A stretch of 64,000 nt of DNA from a virus: positions 32,001-96,000 of IMG/VR virus record IMGVR_UViG_3300022745_000020. One strand, written 5' to 3'. The translations under genes and the position numbers were made by a program. Within the stretch, counting starts at the first letter, position 1. Each line of letters begins with the position of its first letter. Below are positions 1 through 8,939 of this stretch, in pieces. Below the pieces are notes generated by a model, which was not told the origin of the DNA, did not search any database, and worked only from the letters and a program-made list of their open reading frames with translations.

Positions 1-1627
1 ACTCATCGGCAACGGGTTGATCACCGCACACATCAAACAAGGGCTGGCTTACCTCGATAGTGTCTGGCGTGAAGTGGCTCAATCATTTCCACCAGGCTTG
101 AAGTACATGGGCTGTCGTGAGCTCACTCCTTTGGAGGAGTTTGCTTTGCGCACACGTCGCACGAGCTCTCGCCCACCTCAGATCGATCTGGCTCGCTGTG
201 ATTTGCGCATGGTGAGGTTTGATCTGACCTATAATGGTGCACCGCTCGATCCTGTGCATCTGCAAGTGCCTTTCTTTGGCGCCGGTGGGTCGTTTCATCT
301 GTCGGGATCTTTGTATCAGTACAGCCCTATCTTGGCTGACCGTGTCATCAGCGTCAACCGCAACGGCATCTTCGTCAAGTTGTTGCAAACGAAGATCATT
401 TTTCATCGAGTCATCTACTACTACAACACCAACAACCCAGGTAAATCTCAAGAGATCATGCCTGTGGTGTGGGGGCGTATATGGAACGGCAGTCTGGACA
501 AGCCCACTGGAGCCACCAAGGTCAACGGACACTCCACGATCGCCCATTACCTCTTTGCTCAGTTTGGAGTCAAGGAGACGTTCAAGCGCTTTGCCGATGC
601 TGATGTGGTCTACGGAGATGCCAATCAAATCAACGAGAGTAACTACCCCCGAGACAAGTGGATCATCTGCACCAGTGCGAATGTACAAATCGGTGGCAGA
701 CGCCGCAAGCACGTAGAGCCCAACGAACTGCATGTGGCAGTACTGCGCAGTCAATACACCCATCTGGTCAAGACCCTGATCGCTGGTATCTTCTACGTCA
801 CCGATCGATTCACCTATCGACGCGATTACATGCGCATCGAGAACAAAGATCGCTGGCGTGTCATGCTTGGGGTATTGCTCTTCGGGCGTGATAAGAATGA
901 AGGTGCGTTGCTGGCAGACATTGATGATCATTTGAAATCCATGGGACGCTACGTCGATGCGATCGCCACCCACAACCTGCGTAAGGTTGGCTACGAGATC
1001 ACAGACATCTACGAGCTGTTCATCCTGATCTTAAATCGCATCGATGCTTGGATCATTGAGGGCGATAGCTCCAGCAGTTCATTGTACAAGAAAGAGTTCT
1101 CGACTCTATACAACTTGTACTTCAATATCACATCGGCGATCTTCCACTTTCTGTTTGAGTTGGAAAAGCAGCAGCGTCGCACGGGACTGTCAGAAAGACA
1201 TATTAACGAGCAGCTGCGTGCGGTGATCAAACCTGGACTCATCTTTGCCCTCAAGAGCGGACATGGTGAGGTGTGGGTATCTGACTATGTGGGCTCTAAC
1301 ATGCTGCTCAAATGCACGAGCATCATCACCCCCCAGCACAAAGCCACTCAGGGCGGTAGATCCTCACCGACTACAGATCCAGCTCGCAGATTGGATAAAT
1401 CCCATCTGGAGGTCTACCCTGTAGCTGGTATGACCAAGGCAGAACCCATGGGTGGGACTCGCATCAATCCTTTTTTGAATATCTCCGAGGACGGCACCAT
1501 CAATCGCAATCGAGATCTGGCTGCTCTGGTGGATTATGCAGGAGAGATGTTCGCTCACAATCAAATTCAATCCTATCGTCCTCATGAGGACGATGACGAA
1601 GACGACCGCCTGGAGATCGATGATTAA
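1..1627 (+). CDS. Non-virion RNA polymerase beta subunit N-terminal fragment (phiKZ gp123-like), probably 5'-truncated by the window
   Basis: ORF of at least 536 aa, with the frame open back to position 2. It shows the beta-like 'LQVPFF..GGSFHLSGSLYQYSPILADRVISV' segment and C-terminal 'EPMGGTRINPFL'. Size and position upstream of the portal block fit phiKZ-like phages. Confidence 0.75.
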   Translation, partial: LIGNGLITAHIKQGLAYLDSVWREVAQSFPPGLKYMGCRELTPLEEFALRTRRTSSRPPQIDLARCDLRMVRFDLTYNGAPLDPVHLQVPFFGAGGSFHLSGSLYQYSPILADRVISVNRNGIFVKLLQTKIIFHRVIYYYNTNNPGKSQEIMPVVWGRIWNGSLDKPTGATKVNGHSTIAHYLFAQFGVKETFKRFADADVVYGDANQINESNYPRDKWIICTSANVQIGGRRRKHVEPNELHVAVLRSQYTHLVKTLIAGIFYVTDRFTYRRDYMRIENKDRWRVMLGVLLFGRDKNEGALLADIDDHLKSMGRYVDAIATHNLRKVGYEITDIYELFILILNRIDAWIIEGDSSSSSLYKKEFSTLYNLYFNITSAIFHFLFELEKQQRRTGLSERHINEQLRAVIKPGLIFALKSGHGEVWVSDYVGSNMLLKCTSIITPQHKATQGGRSSPTTDPARRLDKSHLEVYPVAGMTKAEPMGGTRINPFLNISEDGTINRNRDLAALVDYAGEMFAHNQIQSYRPHEDDDEDDRLEIDD

Positions 1628-1639
1628 TTCATCGACAGC

Positions 1640-1655
1640 ACAGTCATATATCATC
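1640..1655 (+). promoter_or_regulatory. Candidate phage (early-type) promoter motif ACAGTCaTATATCATC
   Basis: 15/16 identical to 52275-52290. Both copies are intergenic and precede + strand non-structural genes; they resemble TATAT(T/C)A-type early promoters of phiKZ-like phages. Confidence 0.5.
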
Positions 1656-1686
1656 AGGTAAGTCACAACTTAAAGAGGTATCTACC

Positions 1687-3096
1687 ATGCAGCAACAAGA
1701 CAGCATCACCTCCGTAGCAGCTTACCTGGTGAGTAAATACCAGAAGCTCTTACGTGATCATCCTCAACTGGCTGAGCAGATGTGCATATCTTTGCAGTCA
1801 GCTCACGACAGCCCCGTCATGGGACCGCCTGCCTATACATTCAAAGACGCATGTGTATGTGTCGATGAGGTAGGTATCCTCGCCTGGGTGAGCAGTCAGT
1901 GGCCCCGATTGAGCACAGTACAATCTGCCAGAGATCTGCTCATGGACAGGCCCCTGTCTCAACACGATCAACTACTCACAGCCCAACACCAGTTCGATAT
2001 GGCCACAGGCGAGACACTGTGCCGAGGCCCAGAGGTGGTCATCCCACTGACCCTCAGTGAGATGCAAGATCCCTTCACACGCGTACTGCAGAGCTGGTCT
2101 GATTTCTCCATACAGTTTCACAACGAGGCCCTATGGGCCCATCCCATCGTCATCTATGCGCACTATAGCCACAGTGCACCTCAGCTCAGTGTACTGGCGG
2201 CTTTGCCCCATCACCTGCGACAGCTCATCAGTGACATGATCGTCAACGTGATGACCACCAAGATCGCCATCGGGCAAATCGACGATGAGTACATCATGCA
2301 GCAGTATGATCGCTACAAGTACACCGATGTTAATTGCCCCTATCCCATCAATCGCATCATGAGATCCTGGCTCAAAAGTCAGCCCGGACATAACCATCGC
2401 CTTATCTGTGAGCTCAGTGCTCTGATGTGGATGTACTACATGAGTAACCCCCACACCTGGGGGAGCTATGTGAACAGTTGTGATGATTACAAGCGCTCTC
2501 AGGCGATAGCCTCCAGAGCCGTTTATACGGCCTATACGGCGTTTTCTCACGAGTACCTAAGGGTGTACCCTCAGCTGATGATTTTAATCTCCCATACGAA
2601 CACCCTAGAACAAATCCAAATGGAGCACGAGCTGTTCCATGAGGATTTTAATATGGCGTGGAGGTGGCTGTTACAAGCAGCCAAGGGAGATGTCAGCTCG
2701 GTCGTGGCAAACTACCAAGACAGATTCGTCTATGGCTACTCACCTGTAAATGGAGCACTCGTCAGTGTAGAGGATCTGGCTCAAGCCGGATGTGATATCG
2801 GATACTTGAAGAATTCGCAGCACCTTGCTCTGCTGATTAACACAGCGCGCACACCCAGAGTGGATGCGCTTCGAGCTGAAGAGCTACCGAGCTACACCAT
2901 CGAAGGGGTGAAGTACATCTGCTCGGCCCCACGCATGGTGAGCCATGAGGATCAACTGAGGTTTCAATCCGGCTCCCACCGCACACCCCCACATCTGATC
3001 CATCAGAGGGATCCAGATTCAGCTTATCCTCAAATTGACGATATCTATGCGAGATATCGTCAGATGTCATTGAACGGACAGATCTACCCGAATTGA
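1687..3096 (+). CDS. Hypothetical protein (469 aa)
   Basis: Long ORF with a GAGG Shine-Dalgarno upstream; no recognised motif. Confidence 0.75.
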   Translation: MQQQDSITSVAAYLVSKYQKLLRDHPQLAEQMCISLQSAHDSPVMGPPAYTFKDACVCVDEVGILAWVSSQWPRLSTVQSARDLLMDRPLSQHDQLLTAQHQFDMATGETLCRGPEVVIPLTLSEMQDPFTRVLQSWSDFSIQFHNEALWAHPIVIYAHYSHSAPQLSVLAALPHHLRQLISDMIVNVMTTKIAIGQIDDEYIMQQYDRYKYTDVNCPYPINRIMRSWLKSQPGHNHRLICELSALMWMYYMSNPHTWGSYVNSCDDYKRSQAIASRAVYTAYTAFSHEYLRVYPQLMILISHTNTLEQIQMEHELFHEDFNMAWRWLLQAAKGDVSSVVANYQDRFVYGYSPVNGALVSVEDLAQAGCDIGYLKNSQHLALLINTARTPRVDALRAEELPSYTIEGVKYICSAPRMVSHEDQLRFQSGSHRTPPHLIHQRDPDSAYPQIDDIYARYRQMSLNGQIYPN

Positions 3097-3124
3097 ATTG
3101 TTACGCGAAAAGGAGAATCTCAAC

Positions 3125-5962
3125 ATGAACCCGAACCAACACTTTCAAGGCACGCAATTTCCTACTACCAACGAGTGGGCTCGCAACACCTCCAACGCGC
3201 TGTTCGGTGGATCGCCCGCAGTCAATGCTCAGCGCCAAGCGCACCTGCGCTATCGCTACGCCAGCTTGGTGTTGTACAGTCATGATGGACAACCCATCCA
3301 GCTCAACATCTTGCCCCAATACATCGAACAGCTCAAGATGCAGCAGCGTCAGTTTGCTGCTCAAGGTGCTTACTTCAAGATCATCTTGAGTAACAGCTTC
3401 ATCGATGTACTGTTCAACGACATCTTCCTGAGCTCAGATGGCAGCCCAATGGCCAGTGTGATGATGGTATCACCTCAGATTGACGGTCATCCCTCACTGC
3501 AGCAATCCCTGATCGGCAACAATCGGGAAGAAGTGCCCGCTTTCTTGCTGCCTCAAATTCCCTTCAATGGCTACGCCACTGGTGCTCAGCCACCCATCCT
3601 ACCCGATCGCCAACCCGCTTTTGCCAGCGGATACAATAACGCCCCAACGGGTCTGCGCTCCACGCCTCAGACTCCTGCTTTCGGTGATCACCTGAATATG
3701 GCAGCTCAAGCACCCGCAGGCAAACCCACCCAGTGGCGATATGCATCGACGCGTACAGAGTTCTTGCAAAGCCCCAGTGGGACTTTGTTCGATGATGGCC
3801 TCGCGGTGTTTATGATCGACGACACCCACACGGAAGTCTGTATCGGATCCACTGGTACTCGCCCCTCCAAGGCGCTGGCAAAGAAGTATCTCCAACCCAC
3901 TCAAGTGGAGATCACTGAGGAGCCTCGCACACTCGCTTCCGAGAAGGTGGCGATGGTCGAAGAAGTGACCCCCACTGCTGCTGTGACCCAGCCCAAGGAG
4001 CATGAGTATCGCCACCCGCTACACTACCCTGATCCAGTCGAGCGAGGCTACTACCTCGAGCGCGAATGGGTGAGTGCGCATGGCGGTGCTGAGAACCCAG
4101 TGGTCGCCATCGATAACATCACTCAACGTGATATCACTCTCGATCAGCTCTGCGGCTATAAGAGCTACTTGAAAGATGGCTCCTCGTTTACTTGGAAGTT
4201 CAATGGGGCTACGCGCACTCAACAAGAGCGCTGGAAGACCCAGTATCGAGCCGCCAGGTATTGGTGCGATCGAGAAGTCCCCGATCTACCCACCCATGAA
4301 GTCAAGGAAGAAGTCACTGAGATCACCCCTGTGCAAGCGCCAGTGCAACGAGGTGGTGTCAAGGATGTCTCTACTCGACTCAATAATCTGCTCAATAATC
4401 GCAGTAACGCCAGCACTGTGAAGTTGAGTGATGTATCCCCCGATGAGGATCTGCCCGCTGTGGCTATCCCCATCAGCATCGAGCCTGTCAGCTCCGCTGC
4501 ACCGGTCGTTGATGACGAGGTCGATATCGCCGATGGTGAGACGTTCCTTGGTGAGGATATCGCTGAGAATGTCTCCATTGAAGGAGATGGCGACAGCGAG
4601 TTTCAGATCTGTGTGCACGATGTGTTCAAGCAGCACAGTGGCATCGGACTGCCAGCTCCGGCGATCCCCTGGTCTCAGCGTCTGCGACTGGTCAAGGCCC
4701 GCCGTGATGGCAACCGCATGTGGTTGGTGGTCGACCGTGAAGAAGGTGAAACCATCCCAGCTGCATCGTTCGCTAAAGATCTCAAGGTCAACACCGATGA
4801 GGTCATTGCTAATTTGAAGGCCAATCCAGAGGGGGCCAGTGTGATCGGTGCTCCTGATATCTCAGTGTCTCTGACCATCTTGGATATCGCTGGAGAGGTC
4901 GTCGATTCTGGCCCTGTGTTTGATGAGATATCTGCATTAGGTACCGACAACATCGATGCCATGCAGCAAGTCGCGCAGGAAAACGGACTCGATATCTCCT
5001 ACAGCTATCTATTCACGCCATCATCCGATCAATCCAGCGAGATCCCGGTGTGCGCCAGCATCGCTCAAGCTGTCTATGGTCTGCAAAGTGATGAAAATCT
5101 CACCTCCACTGTCAATCATTCAGATGCAGATCGCTACTATCATCCGCTGAGCGCGATGATGTGTGACATCTACAAAGTCGTGGGCGATGCAGATTTCGGC
5201 AAGTTCCTCACCTGGGTACGTAAAGAAGCTGATATCGCTACAGGCCCGATTGACCCCATCGAGTTCAGCCGGTGGATGAAGGGATGCTCCGATCGAGCAG
5301 CTGCAAATCAATCCGATAAGAAGTTTCGCCTCTTTGGCCAACTCTGTGACAGTGAGAAGCGCAATATCAAGAACCTGCGATACATCTCACTGCTCAACAC
5401 CATGGTCACTCAGCTCATCAACCGTGCTCTGCGCCAGCAGTACGGCCTGAGTCTGAGTGTCGTGAACTACGTTGAAGACATCGCGCAGCTGCGCAGTGAG
5501 ATCTTCGAAGCCAGTGAAGCGCTCACGGCTTCTTGGATTAAGACCGAGTCTGACATCATCGAGCAGCTCATGGCTGATCTGATCCCAGCTTCAGACTACG
5601 TTAAGCAAAATGAGGCGTTCACTGACATCCCTCACAATGAAGGTGATGTGCTGTACATGCGCTCCACACTCGTGCTGTCTCTGGCAGCTCGCTATCAAGA
5701 CCTGGATATCCAGCTCGACACAGCTGGACAAGCTCGTTCCATCCCACAACAGTGCAACGAACTCACCAGCGTGGTACTCGAGCAAATCGATGAAATCCTC
5801 AAGGCGTATGACATGGATTACATGTCTACGCCGCTGCAAAAACTCGACATCTACCTCGCACTCGTCGATGGTGTGTGCATCCGTTTGAACATCCATCCGT
5901 CCATGACCAACGTCGGACGCGATCAGACCCGCTGGATGGCCAGCTTGGTCGATATCATCTAA
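3125..5962 (+). CDS. Large hypothetical protein, possibly phiKZ gp122-like, with Q/P-rich N-terminus and acidic middle
   Basis: ATG 3125 is preceded by AAGGAG; 945-aa ORF in the syntenic slot between the nvRNAP subunit and portal. Confidence 0.65.
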   Translation: MNPNQHFQGTQFPTTNEWARNTSNALFGGSPAVNAQRQAHLRYRYASLVLYSHDGQPIQLNILPQYIEQLKMQQRQFAAQGAYFKIILSNSFIDVLFNDIFLSSDGSPMASVMMVSPQIDGHPSLQQSLIGNNREEVPAFLLPQIPFNGYATGAQPPILPDRQPAFASGYNNAPTGLRSTPQTPAFGDHLNMAAQAPAGKPTQWRYASTRTEFLQSPSGTLFDDGLAVFMIDDTHTEVCIGSTGTRPSKALAKKYLQPTQVEITEEPRTLASEKVAMVEEVTPTAAVTQPKEHEYRHPLHYPDPVERGYYLEREWVSAHGGAENPVVAIDNITQRDITLDQLCGYKSYLKDGSSFTWKFNGATRTQQERWKTQYRAARYWCDREVPDLPTHEVKEEVTEITPVQAPVQRGGVKDVSTRLNNLLNNRSNASTVKLSDVSPDEDLPAVAIPISIEPVSSAAPVVDDEVDIADGETFLGEDIAENVSIEGDGDSEFQICVHDVFKQHSGIGLPAPAIPWSQRLRLVKARRDGNRMWLVVDREEGETIPAASFAKDLKVNTDEVIANLKANPEGASVIGAPDISVSLTILDIAGEVVDSGPVFDEISALGTDNIDAMQQVAQENGLDISYSYLFTPSSDQSSEIPVCASIAQAVYGLQSDENLTSTVNHSDADRYYHPLSAMMCDIYKVVGDADFGKFLTWVRKEADIATGPIDPIEFSRWMKGCSDRAAANQSDKKFRLFGQLCDSEKRNIKNLRYISLLNTMVTQLINRALRQQYGLSLSVVNYVEDIAQLRSEIFEASEALTASWIKTESDIIEQLMADLIPASDYVKQNEAFTDIPHNEGDVLYMRSTLVLSLAARYQDLDIQLDTAGQARSIPQQCNELTSVVLEQIDEILKAYDMDYMSTPLQKLDIYLALVDGVCIRLNIHPSMTNVGRDQTRWMASLVDII

Positions 5963-6018
5963 GTCAGTATCCCCATACAACCCGCCTAAAGTACAGAATA
6001 GGAGTAAAGTATACAACC

Positions 6019-6045
6019 CCCTCAGACTACAAAAGAGTCTGAGGG
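6019..6045. terminator. Stem-loop, 10-bp stem
   Basis: ccctcagact-acaaaag-agtctgaggg. Confidence 0.5.
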
Positions 6046-6104
6046 ATCCACCTCAACATAACTAACCGGATATGGACGCATGAGCCTATCCACTGACATA
6101 CAGC

Positions 6105-6166
6105 ACAGCACCTACACCACCTGAGGATGATACCTCAGGTGGTGTAGGGCTGTACTCTTTTTTTTT
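6105..6166. terminator. Long stem-loop (16-bp core) with T-tract, between convergent genes
   Basis: cctacaccacctgagg-atgata-cctcaggtggtgtagg followed by a T run. Confidence 0.8.
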
Positions 6167-6173
6167 GATTTAT

Positions 6174-8894
6174 TTACAGATTAGGGGTAGTGGGAGGCTC
6201 TTCACCCTCTTGAGTCTGATCTCCAGTATCTGCTGTGCCAGACTCATCAGTGGAGGTGGCATCTTCCCCACCTCCCATATCATCGAAGTTATCATCACCT
6301 GTACCAAAGTCATCTCCAGATGAGCCATTATCATCACCGCCACTGTTGTCCTCAGGTGGTGTAGGTGCTCCCAGCTTATCCAAGTCAGCCTGAGCCGCAT
6401 TGTTCACAGGAGTGAGCTTAGCCACACCCTTGACGCAAGAGCGTGTCATGAGTTCGGAGAACTTAGCCGTCTCCATAAACAGAGATACCTGAGGCTCTCC
6501 ATCCTCAGTGCTGGCCACCAAAGCGCTGAGCTCAGTGCCGATTCCCTTCTCAGCCATAAACTTGCGCATAAAGTAAGCCTTGATCTGAGCGCGAATCGCA
6601 TCAGCGTTGGCACTCAGTGCATCTGTGACGATGTACTGACTGATGTACGCGCCTTCGAGTACGCTGTCCAAGAAGTCAGAGTAATCTTTGACCAATTCAG
6701 CCTGACTGCCCAGAGAAGTCTTAGGGGGTTTGGGCAAGCAGATGTTGAGTCTTTGGATGAATTCACTCAATGCGCGAGTGACCTTATACTTTTTAAATTC
6801 TTCTTCACCATACTGAGCGATGAGCTCTTGTTCATCATCTCCTACGGTGTACTTGATGGAGTCTTTGCTCTCATTGACTTTGTCGTACATCCGCTCGACG
6901 ATGTCTTGAGAAAAAGTCAAGATCTTGCGATAGTGACTGGTCAAGAGCGGATTGAGAGTTTCTTGATACTGCACGATGCGCTTGGTGGTCAGTAAGTTAT
7001 TTTGCTGAGCCACTGTGGCGAATTCACTGCCCTGGCTGTTGTCCACCGTCTCAGGAGACAGCCCCAGCCCCATGATAGAGAGTTTGCGCAAGCCCTCAGT
7101 GAGATCACTGTCGGACTTGGGGTAGTTGGTGTTAGCTGACTCAAAATTAAACTTCAAGTCAGGTAAGTCTCCACCTTCGATCCCCCACTCAAAACTGGCC
7201 GATTGCAAGAAGTCCATGATGTCACTGGCACTCCAGCCACCAGCGAATGGCAGATCCAGACTACGCGAGCGGATGATGACGTCTTTAGCCTCCTCCATCG
7301 TAGCTACTGGATCGGGATCTTCCTCAGGCAGAGTCACATTCACACGAGTGCGACCGATGGAGTTTTTCACAGCACCTAAGACGTCTGAGAACATCAGCAT
7401 GACTCGCAGCGTATTGATCACGCTGTTGCTGTCAATCAAGCTCTCTCCTATGCCATCGCTGTTGTAGGCCAGCGTGATATAGGTCAGATAGTCTGCAGGG
7501 ATATACAGCAGCTGAGTGTACTTGCCCTTCAAAGACCTGCTGAGCATGAGGCGATAGGCCTCTTCACTCTGGGAGATCTGCACTGTGCTGGAGTGTACGC
7601 CATTTTTAATACGTGCGATCAAATCGCGCTCGAGCATATCCGAGTAGGCCTTGGCCATGAACTCCAAATGCATGCGCTTTCCGGGATCGAACGCATTGGT
7701 GTCAAAGCCAAAGTTGGTACCTGCTCGCTGCAGTAAATTGGTGGCCATCGAGTTGCGATTATTCGCATTAAACGAAGCCGCAGCAGTGCGATAAAAATCA
7801 TCGTTATTTTCTGCACTGATGGGGTTTCCCTCCTCATCGAGCAGTACGAAGTATGCGATGTGCTTATGTACGTCACCTGGCACATATACGGGCAGCACCG
7901 ATTCACTGGGCAGCTTCATGATCAGAGGTCTGCCCACACTCTTGCGAGTGAGTTCATGAGGCCTCTTCAGAGCCACCATAGGCTCTGAGTTGTTATGACG
8001 AGGTGTGAAGAGCTGATTAGAAATACTGCGATCGGAGATCTGGCGGATGGACTTGACCGTATTGACCGATTCCAGGGAGAAGCCTCCAGTGGCTTGACTG
8101 ATGGCCTCATGCACCTTCGTGCGACGCAGCTTATCGTAGAGCTTAGGGAACTTCAAGACCATGACGTTATCGGTCACGCTGACAAAGTCATCCTTAAAAA
8201 TGATGCCGTTCTTATTATCGAGCACCACTTGCCGATTGATATTCGCATGAGTGGTATTGAATGCTTCAAGTGTCAATCGAGCTCGAGTCGAAGGTGTGGG
8301 TGCATCGATACCAGGGCCTAGCAGACCTACTGGTCGGGGGGTCACCCCGTCGTCCATCACCAGAGTCTTCAGAGATTCAGCAGAGATGCGATAGCGATCG
8401 GCGTTGATCAGCGCATCGATGGCGTTCTCAGGAATCACCGCTACGGGGTGGGAGCCTTTTTCTGCAACGATGTCTCTCAAGATGATAGGGATTTGTTTCT
8501 TGATCTCGCAATCTTGCTCCAAGTACTTGCGAATCAACTCCACCAAAGTAGCGGTCAAATCACTCGTGAAGATCTCACTGTCGGGCTCATAGTGCAGCTC
8601 CACCGTGAGCATATCTGCAGGAGACATGATCGAAGATGTCAAGATCTGTACACTCAGCTCCTGATCCGGTAGCATCTTTAAGATGTTTTTCGAATCGCGA
8701 TTCCTGCGCGCGCGCTCAGTCAGGAGGGAATAAAATGACGAGACATTAGGGGCAGCGATATCTCGCTCACCCCTTTTGTTAAAGTGGGGTTGCTGATTGA
8801 CCCCACCTGGATTGAGCTTCGATAGGATCGCCAGCAGTTTAGGATCTACAGCCTTGACTGCATCCACATTGGCCAGTACTTTTGAACTTTTCAT
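6174..8894 (-). CDS. Portal protein (phiKZ gp129-like)
   Basis: About 906 aa from ATG 8894 (MKSSK...). It contains 'LPSESVLPVYVPGDVHKHIAYFVLLDEEGNPI' and 'GLSPETVD', S/A-x-E maturation motifs and an acidic C-tail, and is divergent from a gp128-like gene. Confidence 0.8.
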   Translation of the reverse strand: MKSSKVLANVDAVKAVDPKLLAILSKLNPGGVNQQPHFNKRGERDIAAPNVSSFYSLLTERARRNRDSKNILKMLPDQELSVQILTSSIMSPADMLTVELHYEPDSEIFTSDLTATLVELIRKYLEQDCEIKKQIPIILRDIVAEKGSHPVAVIPENAIDALINADRYRISAESLKTLVMDDGVTPRPVGLLGPGIDAPTPSTRARLTLEAFNTTHANINRQVVLDNKNGIIFKDDFVSVTDNVMVLKFPKLYDKLRRTKVHEAISQATGGFSLESVNTVKSIRQISDRSISNQLFTPRHNNSEPMVALKRPHELTRKSVGRPLIMKLPSESVLPVYVPGDVHKHIAYFVLLDEEGNPISAENNDDFYRTAAASFNANNRNSMATNLLQRAGTNFGFDTNAFDPGKRMHLEFMAKAYSDMLERDLIARIKNGVHSSTVQISQSEEAYRLMLSRSLKGKYTQLLYIPADYLTYITLAYNSDGIGESLIDSNSVINTLRVMLMFSDVLGAVKNSIGRTRVNVTLPEEDPDPVATMEEAKDVIIRSRSLDLPFAGGWSASDIMDFLQSASFEWGIEGGDLPDLKFNFESANTNYPKSDSDLTEGLRKLSIMGLGLSPETVDNSQGSEFATVAQQNNLLTTKRIVQYQETLNPLLTSHYRKILTFSQDIVERMYDKVNESKDSIKYTVGDDEQELIAQYGEEEFKKYKVTRALSEFIQRLNICLPKPPKTSLGSQAELVKDYSDFLDSVLEGAYISQYIVTDALSANADAIRAQIKAYFMRKFMAEKGIGTELSALVASTEDGEPQVSLFMETAKFSELMTRSCVKGVAKLTPVNNAAQADLDKLGAPTPPEDNSGGDDNGSSGDDFGTGDDNFDDMGGGEDATSTDESGTADTGDQTQEGEEPPTTPNL

Positions 8895-8939
8895 CTTGAC
8901 CTTCTTTCCATTGTCCGAAGAACTTCTTTGAGGCCACAC

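Noticed and set aside
8895-8939. ORF-track starts that make portal and gp128-like genes overlap
   Set aside because: In-frame ATGs at 8894 and 8940 give non-overlapping genes of the expected size.
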